From the NCBI GenBank assembly GCA_964016885.1, contig OZ024747.1:248001-312000 (forward strand): a stretch of DNA of 64,000 nt. Direction: 5' to 3'. Below are positions 40,289 to 52,620 of the stretch, piece after piece. The DNA comes from Eledone cirrhosa (lineage: Eukaryota). Position 1 is the stretch's first letter, and every line of letters begins with the position of its first letter. The notes beneath the pieces were generated by a model. The model had not been told where the DNA came from. It was given only the letters and a program-made list of their open reading frames with translations, and made no database searches. The position numbers and the translations under genes were made by a program.

Positions 40289-40369
40289 TATAAGCAGAAC
40301 AAGCAAAATTCAACCAATTTTTAAAAATAAATTAAAAAATATAATTTAAATATTTACCTATTCATATGG

Positions 40370-40448
40370 CTCTTACCGATCGGTTTCGCCTTGTAAAACA
40401 CCAGAGACCCAATGGATTTCTAATGGAAAATCAAGGCTCACCAGAGAA
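40370..40448 (-). ncRNA. Hammerhead copy with core substitution (CTGGTGA)
   Basis: Same as 40851-40929 except A6>G. Confidence 0.65.
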
Positions 40449-40850
40449 GCATTTTCCCTTCCTAGGGCTAAAGACCCAGGAACGATAAAATATATTGTTA
40501 TCTGCCAGCTAGCACAGATCCAAAAGGCCGAAAAATGACCTGTACGTGAACTACCCGAGGTGAAAGCGGGAAAAACATAGACGTGTTGTCTATCTCGTTA
40601 CTAAAAATAGCAGCTAAATAGAAACAACATGATTGTTCTCAACAAATGGAGGGTGATAGAAGAAGTTAGTAAGCCCGTGGGTACTAAGTACCCCTGGAAA
40701 TACATAGGTTGTCTATGATTTAAGGTTGTTCTATGGTATCAATTTGACATACCAGAACTATAATATTAATATAAGCAGAACAAGCAAAATACAACCAATT
40801 TTTTAAAATAAATTAAAAAATATAATTTAAATATTTACCTATTCATATGG

Positions 40851-40929
40851 CTCTTACCGATCGGTTTCGCCTTGTAAAACACCAGAGACCCAATGGATTT
40901 CTAATGGAAAATCAAGGCTCATCAGAGAA
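40851..40929 (-). ncRNA. Type I hammerhead ribozyme motif
   Basis: ttct-CTGATGA-gccttg...caaggc-GAAA-ccgatcgg-TA-agag. Confidence 0.85.
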
Positions 40930-41116
40930 GCATTTTCCCTTCCTAGGGCTAAAGACCCAGGAACGATAAAATATATTGTTATCTGCCAGCTAGCACAGAT
41001 CCAAAAGGCCGAAAAATGACCTGTACGTGAACTACCCGAGGTGAAAGCGGGAAAAACATAGACGTGTTGTCTATCTCGTTACTAAAAATAGCAGCTAAGT
41101 AGAAACAACATGATTG

Positions 41117-41195
41117 TTCTCTGATGAGCCTTGATTTTCCATTAGAAATCCATTGGGTCTCTGGTGTTTTACAAGGCGAAACCGATCGGTAAGAG
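41117..41195 (+). ncRNA. Type I hammerhead ribozyme motif
   Basis: Inverted copy of 40851-40929 with an intact core and the palindromic stem III accgatcggt. Confidence 0.85.
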
Positions 41196-41384
41196 CCATA
41201 TGAATAGGTAAATATTTAAATTATATTTTTTAATTTATTTTAAAAAATTGGTTGAATTTTGCTTGTTCTGCTTATATTAATATTATAGTTCTGGTATGTC
41301 AAATTGATACCATAGAACAACCTTAAATCATAGACAACCTATGTATTTCCAGGGGTACTTAGTACCCACGGGCTTACTAACTTC

Positions 41385-41453
<69 letters not shown>

Positions 41454-41556
41454 GGCGGTTGACCGGGCTAGTAGCTGCTAAATGGTCGGCCGCCCTCATG
41501 TCTCTGATTTTCAACACCATGGATTTTGTCTATTATATTCCTTTGTTATATTTCGA

Positions 41557-41614
41557 ATAACTGATGATGTCACCGGATTCATACTGAACCCGGTCATTGA
41601 AATGATCATAGTAT
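41557..41614 (+). ncRNA. Type I hammerhead ribozyme motif
   Basis: ataa-CTGATGA-tgtcaccgg..ccggtcatt-GAAA-tgatca-TA-gtat, with one mismatch in stem I. Confidence 0.68.
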
Positions 41615-41800
41615 AATAAACCTTTTAAGGAATTACACCAGTCCAGCCTCCTATTATTTTATAATAATTAACTCCGTACTCGCACCACCAAAAACACAAA
41701 CAAAGACGGGTGAGTTGCATTACGGCGATTGCTCTCCATAATATTACATCGAGGTTGACCATACAGAATGACCAGTTCTATCCAGTGCTGAACCAACAAA

Positions 41801-41895
<95 letters not shown>

Positions 41896-41942
41896 CGTAA
41901 AATAAGAAAATTATAAAATTAACTTACTTACTAAAAAATCGC

Positions 41943-42021
41943 TTCCAACTAATTAGTTTCTGGAATGGAGTAAATATATTTTCTGAAGAAACATAAAGAA
42001 AATAATTCCGTCATCAGGAAA
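41943..42021 (-). ncRNA. Type I hammerhead ribozyme motif
   Basis: tttc-CTGATGA-cggaat...attcca-GAAA-ctaattag-TT-ggaa. It lies in a unit bounded by the direct repeat atgagagacgtaaaataa (about 41888 and 42413). Confidence 0.72.
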
Positions 42022-42522
42022 GTCTTTTTCCGTGTAAGTCTCCAGGCATAGCGAGGACTCTGGAAACTTATTAAAAAAATAATTCAGTGGAAAGGAAATA
42101 GCGAAGCGTGGACTGGATTCCTAGCCATTGAGAAAATCACTGCCTCTACGTCTGTGGCAAATTCAAAAAGAATCAATCACGTGACATCGAGGTCAATCAG
42201 TGGAAAGCGAATGGTTAATAAGACAGCGGCCAGCCTACTACCATAGTAGCAGTCATGGCCAAATATTGCTCGACAAATGAATTGGAGATAATTATAAGGA
42301 ATTTATATCTAGTAACATTTATATACACACAGATGCACATCAATGCTAGCAAATATATAGGTTTTGTCTTATTAACATTGTGGTTCTATGCATGGGGTTG
42401 CAGAACAATAATATGAGAGACGTAAAATAACTCACTCGATATGCAAATTAGGCTGCTCAGTCGTTAATATGCATAAGGAAAGTATATACTTTCAGACGTT
42501 CAACCATCTGGCAGGAAGGTAT

Positions 42523-42565
42523 ACGATGCTGACGATAGCTAATAAGCTTGAAACTAGTACATCGT
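42523..42565 (+). ncRNA. Minimal type I hammerhead ribozyme motif
   Basis: acgatg-CTGACGA-tagctaataagctt-GAAA-ctag-TA-catcgt, with a perfect 6-bp stem I. It lies within pseudo-LTR 42430-42845. Confidence 0.85.
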
Positions 42566-42878
42566 TCCTGTGTCAGTGTTGAACAAAAAGGTGACGTGGT
42601 TGCCTAAACATTGTACGGCGTAATTCGGGCTGTTTGTTTGTTTACAAACAAACAAACCGAGCATTATAATAAATGTTCGGTAAACCGATACGTGCACATA
42701 TATATATATGTGTGCATGTATGTATATATATACATACTACTGTACGTCTGTATACATATATGTATGTACGTATAAATACATACATACTTACAATTAAGTA
42801 AGTGCCGCACTAAGAGTGAGAAATGAAATTTCGTTTCATTCTATTCCATTTACATACATACATACATACATACATATA

Positions 42879-42936
<58 letters not shown>

Positions 42937-43449
42937 GTAGAATAATCGAGTATCGAAAAATCGGCGCACGAGTTCACGATAAACAAAATTCGATATGAGC
43001 GGCAGAGTGCTCCATAATTTAGATAAATCAGAGCTATAACTATCGTTAAAATACCGTCACACACAGAACAAGTCTATAATCAACCGTACGATCGAAAACT
43101 TGCGATCCGGAAGATTCGGGACACTCAGATAAGAAATCAATAAATCAATAAATTAAATGAATGTAAAAAGCATACCCGGACCCGCTAGGAAGATGTTAAA
43201 TCTAGCTTCTTGGGTTTCTGTAAATCCTTAAACTGTTCTCTATCAGCTCACATAAAAATATATAAGACTTCTAGATATCAGTGGACAGGAAAATTTACTT
43301 CATCAACGAGCTTTGTCCAAACGAATGAAATGGCATAACCCAAGCTAAATACGCACATGGAATTCGGCAAGGGAGATAACCTCTACATCCGCGAAAAATA
43401 TTAGGGAAAATGTGGAAATACACATATCGAATAAGAGTGCTCAATAGAC

Positions 43450-43512
<63 letters not shown>

Positions 43513-43582
43513 ATAGTAAAGAGTCAGTACCCCAACGGCTGAGCTCCAGCCGTTTCGACAGCTAGATCGGAATATATATATA

Positions 43583-43624
<42 letters not shown>

Positions 43625-43631
43625 CATACAT

Positions 43632-43679
<48 letters not shown>

Positions 43680-43681
<2 letters not shown>

Positions 43682-43875
43682 CGAAGGAAATGTGGTAAGG
43701 AACCAGGTGGACCATAACGCACCAAAGTACTCAATACTTAGGGTAGTAGAGTGGGTAATAGGAACGAGTAGGACCCCGACGGCTGAGCTCAAGCCGTTTC
43801 GACGGCTAATTCTGGACTGGGTCCAGAATTAGCCGACGAAACGGCTTGAGCTCAGCCGTCGGGGTCCTACTCGTT

Positions 43876-43880
<5 letters not shown>
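43680..43880 (-). mobile_element. Penelope-like pseudo-LTR fragment ending in a palindrome with 60-bp arms
   Basis: Arms 43758-43817 and 43821-43880 match at 59/60 with a 3-nt loop. Same family as 22412, 38584, 43524 and 44941. Confidence 0.8.
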
Positions 43881-43922
<42 letters not shown>

Positions 43923-44842
43923 TGTGTGTGTCTGTGGTAATTAGATTGTGATGTTGAATTAAATGTCGATATTGATAATTGATTAAGTGTCCTGTGTTAT
44001 TTAACATTTTAAAATGCCAGAAATCAATACATTACTTTGATTAGTATTTTTTTTTTTGTAACGGTTGGCATTTCTATAGAAATATCGGTGTATATTGTCA
44101 CAAAATTGTCGTCTTTCAAGAGGAAAGCTCGACCCCTGTGAACGAAAAGAAAAAGAAAAAATAACGAGAAAAAAAGAAAGAAAGAAAGAAATGCATATGT
44201 CAGAAAATGGCAATTTGTTTAAACTGGCAAGATTGGCATTTATTTCAGATCCTAAAGAGTTAGGACGTAATTCTTCACAAATAAATATATAAATAAAGTG
44301 AATTGTGAAAATCGCGTTCTCGTACACCAAAGTTTGACATTTGCCTGAGTGATTCCGAAGATAAAAGAAATGAAAAGCAGATAAACAAACAAATATTAGA
44401 TTCTTAAAAGAAAATATTTTGAAGTTCGTATTTAAGTGATATCTTGATGTTTATTATTAAGATTTCTCGAAAAGATTTTTTATTGTATTTATTCAGGTAT
44501 AGTATATGCTATTGTTGCTTAGTCTCGCATCAGCTGTGATCGAACAGATGAGGTCGACGTGACCTGCCAGCATCGGCGCAGAACAGTATGATAATGGTTC
44601 TGGAGTAACCTCCCTTGGTTTAGTTATAAATACTAAACAACAACAGCCTGGTTGTCTTAATTTTGTGGAGATTGAAGAGGAAAGAGAGAGAACAAGAGAA
44701 AGAAGAGCAAAGACAGAAAAACGATTCCTAAAGAATCACAGAGAGGAAGATAAAGAAGGAAAAAGTAAGACTTAATAAAGTAGGGAAGCTCTTTTCATAT
44801 TTCTACACGCACGAGTGCCCCCCCCCCTCTTTCTCATATATA

Positions 44843-44924
44843 TAAGGCATCCCTCCAAAATGTATACACACTTCAACAGCATTTTAATCGAAGTGTGTAT
44901 ACATTTTTTGGGGGACACCCTGTA
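44843..44924. mobile_element. Miniature Tc1/mariner MITE (TIRs only)
   Basis: ccaaaatgtatacacacttc ... gaagtgtgtatacattttttgggggacaccctg|TA. Confidence 0.65.
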
Positions 44925-45249
44925 TATATATATAGAACTCGAACTAGCTGTTGAAACGGCAAGAGCTCAACCGTCGGGCCCCGACTCTCTCTAATATAGT
45001 CATACTCTGCTATCCCGAGTATCGAGTACTCTGTTGAGTAATGGTCTAACTAGTTTAAAACTGGTTCTATCCTGATATATGTTTTAAATATATACTTAAA
45101 TAACATTACAAATACGGAAATAACATTATAAATTGCTCTCAATTCGTTCAGAAGAACATTACAAATATAATGTTGATAAACACAAATATAAACACATAAA
45201 AGAGAGAGAAAAAAAAGAAGGGGGGAAGCAAAAACAAAAACGAATATCA

Positions 45250-45720
45250 ATTCACCACCAAGTGCAACAATCGGCCGCACATCACACCATAAGAGTTAAC
45301 TAAACACTTGGAGGCAAGCCAATACACTCGCAGCATTGCCACAGGTGATGGCGAGCTAAGGCGCTGAAAAGGCCAGGCACTCTCACGGGCATCACCTGAT
45401 ACCTCGGTAAGGCGAGCCGCCAGCGATGACAAGAACTATATATAATATACAGGGGATCTCAAGCAATTATTTTTCCAGCCTGTGGCGTTCGAGACGTTTG
45501 GTGGAACTGGGCCACTGACAACGAAGTTGTCATCGCTGGCGGCTCACCATACTGAGGTATCAGGTGATGCACATGATGGTGCTTGGTTGTTCCAGTGCCT
45601 TAGCCATGCCATCACTCGTGATAATGCTGCTAGTGTGTTAACTTGCTTCAAAAGGTAGTAGAGGGAGGCTCCAGCACCTCTTGTGGTGTGTAACCGATTG
45701 TCGCACATAGTGGTGAATTG
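45250..45720. mobile_element. Two head-to-head RLE (CRE-like) 3' fragments: 45250-45437 (-) and 45455-45720 (+)
   Basis: LSSLAARLTEVSGDARESAWPFQRLS and FFQPVAFETFGGTGPLTTK...AWLFQCLSHAITRDNAASVL; both end in the gcac(t/a)t(g/a)gtggtgaat tail. Confidence 0.7.
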
Positions 45721-45832
45721 ATGGTCGTTTCTACCCTCACTTACTCTTTCTCTCGCTTTAATCATATATTTTAGTGCGTTGTATTTTTAAGGTTTCTAGC
45801 AATAATTGTGTTTATTATGTGTTTATATTAAG

Positions 45833-45993
45833 GGCGGTGAATTGGCAGTATCGGTAGAGGGTTGGACGCCATGCTTTCTAGCATAGTTACGTCCCTTTAC
45901 AGTCTGAGTTCAAATCCCGCCGAGGTTAACTTTGCCTTTCACGGGGTCGATAAAATAAAGTACCAGTAATGTACTGATAATTTGCTTGTGAAC
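45833..45993 (+). mobile_element. SINE family S1 with TSD attatgtgtttatatta
   Basis: Same head and core as 7353, with a direct repeat on both sides. Confidence 0.85.
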
Positions 45994-46595
45994 AATTATG
46001 TGTTTATATTATAATTCCGAAAGAATTGTGAACAGTTTGTAATGTTATTTATACAACTGTGAATAAAACAATGCAGCAATATAACGTGTGTTGTAGGAGC
46101 TAAGAAGGAAATGTGTTTATTTACTAGGAAGAACCTGATAACTTAAAGATTATCTCCATCGCTACTCAAGACCGAATGTGTCGACCGAATGTGTCGAAAT
46201 ACAGTTATATATATTACTAGACCACTCGTATGTGTATACATATATACATATCATCATCATCATGTCCGCTTGATATACATACATATCATCATCAAGCGGA
46301 CATGATGATGATGATATGTATGTATACACACATTTATATATGGGCCTTCATTTCACATTATATACGTGTCTGTGTATATTTTAATTATTTAAAAATTATT
46401 TTTAAATGAACATGATTTTTTAAATATGTGTGTGTATATTTATTGTGTACTATTCACATAGAACTCACAACATTAAGTTATTATCTGGATATGTCACTAT
46501 CTGTAAAAAAACAATTTTTGTATTTTATCTGATGAGTGCGTACCAAAATAAATATATATAATAAAATAAATATGGTTTTATAAAGATAGTTTCCA

Positions 46596-46775
46596 TTGGC
46601 AGTATCGGTGGAGGGTCGGACGCCATGCTTTCCAGCATAGTTACGTCCCTTTACGATCTGAGTTCAAATCCCGCCGAGGTTAACTTTGCCTTTCATCCTT
46701 ACGGGGTCGATAAAATAAAGTACCAGTAATGAACTGGATAATTGCTGGCCTTGTGCCTAAAGTAGAAACAATTAA
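46596..46775 (+). mobile_element. SINE family S1
   Basis: Same head and core as 7353. Confidence 0.85.
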
Positions 46776-46795
46776 TATTATTGATCTATGTGTGT

Positions 46796-49700
46796 ATCAT
46801 CATCATCATCATTATCACCGTTTTACGTCCGTTCTTCCATGCTAGCATGGGTTAGACGGGTTGTCCTGTTGTGGGCAGTGTCTGGTCGGCTGACCATGCC
46901 TTGTTCATACAGGAACTGATTCTGGCTTGATTTTTACATCTGGATGCCCTTCCTAACACCAACCTCATTTACAGTGAGTGCTGGGTGCTTTTTTCCATGG
47001 CGCCTACACGTCCACTTTACAGTGTGGGCTGGGTGCTTTTTTGCCATGGCACCTCCATGACCACTTTGCAGTGGGAGGGTGTGGGGGCATATTGTCTATA
47101 TGCTTCAGCTTCGGCTTGTACCCATGGGAGGTCGGGTACTCTGTATTACTGCGAGACGCCAGAGTTCACGGTCGTGTGTCATCGCCTTTGAGAGGTGTAA
47201 TTGGGTAAGGTCGGCTTTTATCACCTCATCCCAGGTCTTCTTGGGTCTCCCCACTCCGCGGTTTCCATTAACCTCTAAGTGCTCTGCACCTTTTTATGCA
47301 GCTGTCGTCCTTCATACGCATCACATGTCCATACCAACGCAACCGCATCTCCTGCACACAGCATTTGATTCCTCTTATGCTCAGTCTCTCTCTCAATTCA
47401 TTTATGCTTTGCCGTTCGCGTATATTACTATTACACATCCATCGGAGCATGCAGGCTTTGTTTCTTTCTAATCTACGTAAGTCTTCCACCTTCAGCGCCC
47501 AGGTCTCACTACCATGTAACATTGCTGTTCGTATACACGTATCATACAGCCTGCCTTTCATTTTGAGGGAAAAGCCTTTTGCAGCTAGCAGTGGCAGTAG
47601 CTCCCTGAACTTCTTCCATCTCGTTCTTACCCTAGTTATTGTACTTTCTGAACACCCACCTCCGCTGCTAATTTGGTCACCTAGGTAGCAGAAGCTGTCT
47701 ACTGTTTCTACAGAGCCCTCCCAGAGATTGGTGGCAATTGTTTTCTGTTGCTGTTTGCTGCTTGCTGTCCCAGCACATCTGCTACATGTGAAGCCTACAT
47801 TCTTAATGAAGCTTCCTGAGATCCCGCTACATCTCTTGTGTACCCATTGTTTGCATTTGGGGCAGAGAATGGAGTTCCTACCTACACCTTTCCTACATAC
47901 TGAGCAAGGCCATTTCGCTGAGGAGATCTGGGTTCTGTTTTCTCGTCTACTTACAAGGACCTTAGTCTTTGTCAGGTTGACTTTGAGACCCTTTCTTTCT
48001 AGTCCCTGCTTCCAAGCTTGGAATTTCTTCTCTAGTTTTACCATAGATTCAGCTATAAGTGCGAGGTCATCTACATACAGGAGTTCCCATGGGCATCCGG
48101 TCTTAAACTCCTCCGTTATTGCCTGCAGGACTATGATGAACAGGAGAGGGCTAAGAATAGAGCCCTGGTGGACACCGACCTGTACGCTAAATTCCTCGCT
48201 ATACTCATTGCTAATCCTAACTTTGCTGACTGCTCCCCTATACATGGCTTGTACAACTTTCACAAGCCATTCATCTACTCCTAGTTTTCTAAGAGCCCAC
48301 CAAATTATAGCACGTGGAACTCTGTCAAAGGCTTTCTCGAGATCGACGAATGCCAGGTAGAGTGGCTTACTCTAAGCTAGGTACTTTTCCTGTAACTGCT
48401 TCACAAGGAAGAGAGCATCAGTCGTGCCTCTTCCTGGTACAAACCCAAATTGCATCTCATCTAGTTTCACCCGGTCACTAATCAACTGTGCTATAACTCT
48501 TTCTGTTACTTTCATGACCTGGTCCATCAGCTTTATACCTCTATAGTTTCCTCTATCGAGTGCATCACCTTTACCTTCATAGCAGTTGACAATGATGCTA
48601 CTGCACCAATCTTTTGGTATGACACCTTCTAGTATTATCTGGTTAACAATACGTGTGGTTATAGTGTGACCTACAGACCCAGATGCCTTCAGCATATTGG
48701 CAGCTATAGCCGATGGACCGGTTGCCTTCCCCATCTTCATATCTTTGATTGCCTTACTTACTACGCTGCTACTGACTTGTACTGCTGGCCCCTCTATAGG
48801 GTCTACTTGGGGTAGGGTCTCTTCTTCCCATGCATTCTCCTCATTTAGTAATCTATCATAATGGCTCTTCCATGCATTTTTCTTCTTAGCACTTGTGAGG
48901 GCAAGCTCACCTTTATCATTCCGGATACACTTCTCTCCAATGAGATCACAATTATCTCTGACACACTGCCTCGCAATCTTGAACACCTCCTGTTTCTGGT
49001 CCTCACGTTGCAAAACATGCTTGAATTTTCTATCCTTTGCTTCCCTCCTAGCTAAGTATACTTGTCGCCTAGCTTCCCTCATGGTCTCTATGTAATGTAT
49101 CCTGCTTCCCCCGTTCTTCCATTCTTTCCATGCCTGTCTCTTGGCCTTAACTGCCTCATCTACCTTATTGTTCCACCACCAAGTCACTCTCCTCCTGCCT
49201 GTGGTCTTACTCCAGCCACAGATCTCATCCGTCGCCTCTAGTAAGTTATTTTTTAGGAGCTGCCAGTGCTCTTCTACATTGAATGTCTCTATCTATTCTT
49301 CTTTACTGTCGTAGGCATTGAGTAAAACATCTTTAAATCTGTTACTGGCTGAGGAGTCTTTCAGCTTCCAGATCTTTCTTCTCCAGGTTGGCTTCTGTTT
49401 CCAGGTTCGTCTAGTTCTGACCGTGAGGTCGCTGACAACTAAGCTATGTTGGGAGGTACATTCCTCACTAGGGAAGGCTTTTGTGTTTACGACTGTCCAT
49501 CTGTCACGTCCTCTGATGAGGATAAAATCTATCTGACTAGAATGCTCCCCTGATCTATAGGTGATCAGGTGGTTGTCGGGTTTTTTGAAGTTTGTGTTAC
49601 ATATCGACATGTCATTGGCGTTGCAGAATTCTAGAAGTCTGAATCCTTCTTCATTTCTTGTGCCAACAACATGGCCTCCATGGACTCTATTGAAGCCGTC

Positions 49701-50277
49701 ACAGTGTTTACCTACGTGTCCGTTAAAATCTCCTGCGATGATTAGGAAGTCATTGTCATTTGTTAGAGCAGTAGTGTACATTAGGGACTCGTAAAACCTA
49801 TCCTTAAGTTCGTCTGGCAACCCTGATTGGGGTGCGTAAGCTGATATTATTGTGGTAATTGTTTTATTCGGGACTAGTCTAATGATTCTTGCATTTACCC
49901 TGTACACTGAGATTACTTTATCTACCCACTTGTCAGCTAGTAGTATACCTACACCACCCATCCCATCGTCATTTCCCACCCAGAAAAATTTGTAGCACCG
50001 ACTTTTTCCTACAAGGACTCTAGCAGACTCTCCTCTCCATCTAGTCTCTTGCACACAGCATACATCAATTTCCTTTCACTCTAGCATCTCTACAATTTCT
50101 CCTGCTCTTCCTTTCATCGTGCTTACATTGAAGGTACCAACTCGGAGTTTGGGGCATTTGTCGACACTCGTAGGGAAGGGTCGCTTTTTTACCCTGTACA
50201 CTGAGATTGCTTTATCTACCCACTTGTCAGCTAGTAGTATACCTACACCACCTATCCCATCGTCATTTCCCACCCAT
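46796..50277 (-). mobile_element. Near full-length RTE LINE (subfamily A): APE endonuclease, RT and PHD-like finger, disrupted by stops
   Basis: LRVGTFNV, VQETRW, GDFNGH, IDFIL and SQH; RT motifs in ORFs 48372-49187 and 47268-48263; (TGA)n tail. Confidence 0.95.
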
Positions 50278-50617
50278 ATATATATATATATATGTGGTGT
50301 CTGTGATCTATATACACTGATCATATACACACATATATATATACACAACAACATCACCAGCTCCCTCTCTCCCGTTCTTCTCTGTCTCCTTCTCTTTCTC
50401 TCTGTGTTTATGAAGGTACCAGGAAAAACTCCATATCTTGGGAACCCGTAGTCCGATTTACGCGAAACTTATTTTATTCCATTTGTATTCCCATTTCAGA
50501 GTCAACTTCCTTTCAAAGTATTTTCCCATTATGCACCCTTTGGCTGTATTACATTACAGACAAGCAAGCAAGCAAGCAATCACAGAGTTTTAGTAATATA
50601 TAGATTGATTAGGCGAA

Positions 50618-50730
50618 ACCTGCTGATGAAGCCACATGTGCTGACTGTGCATTGTTGCATAATAAATGCAGACAGTCGGTGTTGTGCACTCTATTGCTGT
50701 ATTAAGTATGGCTGAAACTCGAGTACGGGT
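50618..50730 (+). ncRNA. Type I hammerhead with extended stem II
   Basis: acctg-CTGATGA-agcca...(74 nt)...tggct-GAAA-ctcgag-TA-cgggt. Confidence 0.82.
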
Positions 50731-50889
50731 AATAATTGAAGGTACCCATTTCCGTGCGTTGTATTGAAGCGAATAATTATGTGTCTACTCTGGGAGTTTA
50801 TTTAACATTACTTATTGAGTACGCTGAGATGCAACCGGTCCTAGCAGTGAAATCCATGCTAGTTCCGTTAATATATTATTATTATATGA

Positions 50890-51280
50890 AAGCGCATGGC
50901 TTAGTGGTTAGAGCATTGGGCTTGCAATCGAAAGGTTGTGAGTTCAATTCTTGGACCGAGTGTTGTGTTGTTTCCTTGAGCAAGACACTTTATTTCACAT
51001 TGCTCCAGTTTACTCAGCTGTAGAAATGAGATGATAGGACTGGAGTCCCTATCATTCCACTGTAAAGTGGACGTGTAGGTGCCACGGAAAAAAAAAGCAC
51101 CCAGCACTCACTGTAAATGAGGTTGGTGTTAGGAAGGGCATCCAACTGTAGAAATCACGCCAGAATCAGTTCCTGTATGAGCAAGACAAGGTCAGCCAAC
51201 TGGACACTGCCCATAACAGAACAACCCGTCTAACCCATGCTAGCGTGGAAGAACGGACGTAAAACGGTGATAATGATGAT
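50890..51280 (+). mobile_element. SINE family S2 (tRNA head, RTE subfamily A tail)
   Basis: The head is near-identical to 12293-12540, and the tail matches the RTE 3' UTR at 8081-8270. Confidence 0.9.
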
Positions 51281-51294
51281 ATATATATATATAT

Positions 51295-52620
51295 ATCATC
51301 ATCATCATCGTTTAACGTCCATATTCCACGCTTGCATGGGTTTGGACGGGAGTTTTCCCACTTGAGGCAAGAGTGGTTGTCTTGACTGTCTGGCGGGTTT
51401 TCTACGGCTGGATGCCCTTCCTAACACCAACCACATTTACAGTGTGGAACTGGGAGGTTTTTACCGTGTTACCTACACGGCCACATTACAGCGTGGACTG
51501 TGTGTTTTTTTTTGTTGTGACACACCTACACGACCTCATTTGTTTCGGGCTGGATGTTGTGGTACCAACATAACTTTACATTGAAAGGGGTGGTGTGGAT
51601 GGGGTGGGGGTAGTGGGACGGGGGTGTATTTTGTTAGAGGTGCCTACTGACTGTAGTAGGTTTCACTTTGTACTTGGGTAAGGCGGGTCTTCTCTATTAC
51701 TATGTAGCGCCAAAGATCTCGGTCCAGTGACATTGTCTTGGAGAGGTGTAAGTGTGTGAGGTCGGAATTTATCAAGTCATCCCAGGTTTTTCTACTCCAT
51801 AGCACCCGTCTATTTTGATCGCCCTGCACTTTTTTATACAGCTGTCGTCTTTCATGCGCATCATGTGACCATACCAACGTAGTCTTCTCTCGAGTAAACA
51901 GCATCTGATCCCTCTTATTCCTAATTTCTCACTTAGTTCATTTATGCTTTGCCATTCGCGTATATTACTATTACACATCCAATGGAGCATGCAAGCTTCT
52001 TTCCTCTCCAGTCTGCGTAGATCCTCTGCACACAAGGCCCATGTCTCACTACCATGTAACATCGCTGTTCATATGCAGGCATCATACAGCCTGCCTTTCA
52101 TTTTTAGAGAGAAACCCTTAGCGGCCAATAGTGGTATAAGCTCTCTGAACTTTTTCCATCCCGTTCTGACTCTAGCTACAGTACTTTTGGAGCACCCTCC
52201 ACCACTGCTGATTTTGTCACCCAGCTAACGGAAGGTGTCCACTATTTCTATAGAACCATCTGGGCAATAGAATGAGCTAGTATTCTGTAGGCATTTGCTG
52301 CTACTTATTGCACCAGAGCACCGGCCACATATAAAATCTATATTCTTAGTTAGCTTACCTGTGATCCCACTACATCTTTTATGCACCCATACTTTGGATT
52401 TGGGACATAAAATGGAGTTTCTGCCTACTCCTTCCCTACACACTGAGCATGGCCATTTCCCAGATGGGACCAGTGCCCTATTCTCCTTCCTACATACTAG
52501 AACTTTAGTCTTAGACAAGTTAATTTTCAGGCCTTTTGATTCTAGGCCATGCTTCCATGTTTGGAATTTCTTCTCTAGTTCAGCCATTGATTCGGCTATG
52601 AGCATTAGATCATCTGCGTA
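51295..52620 (-). mobile_element. RTE LINE 3' fragment (subfamily B)
   Basis: YADDL...KWPCSVC...GSETW...RLRWYGH, followed by UTR and tail. Confidence 0.93.

Larger units (their letters stand above)
40283..41390 (-). mobile_element. Penelope-like non-coding array: partial tandem (481-bp period) plus 274-bp inverted copy
   Basis: 40283-40640 is repeated at 40764-41120, and 40656-40929 is inverted at 41117-41390. Both flanks are (TA)n. Confidence 0.85.

Noticed and set aside
44280-44770. Possible non-coding first exon of the ITIH-like gene (donor-like cag|gtatag near 44497 and aaa|gtaaga near 44764)
   Set aside because: Donor-like motifs alone are common, so transcript data are needed.
46229-46330. 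Inverted repeat around catcatcatgtccgcttgat
   Set aside because: It is made of two opposed LINE/SINE tail stubs plus microsatellite, with no independent function evident.
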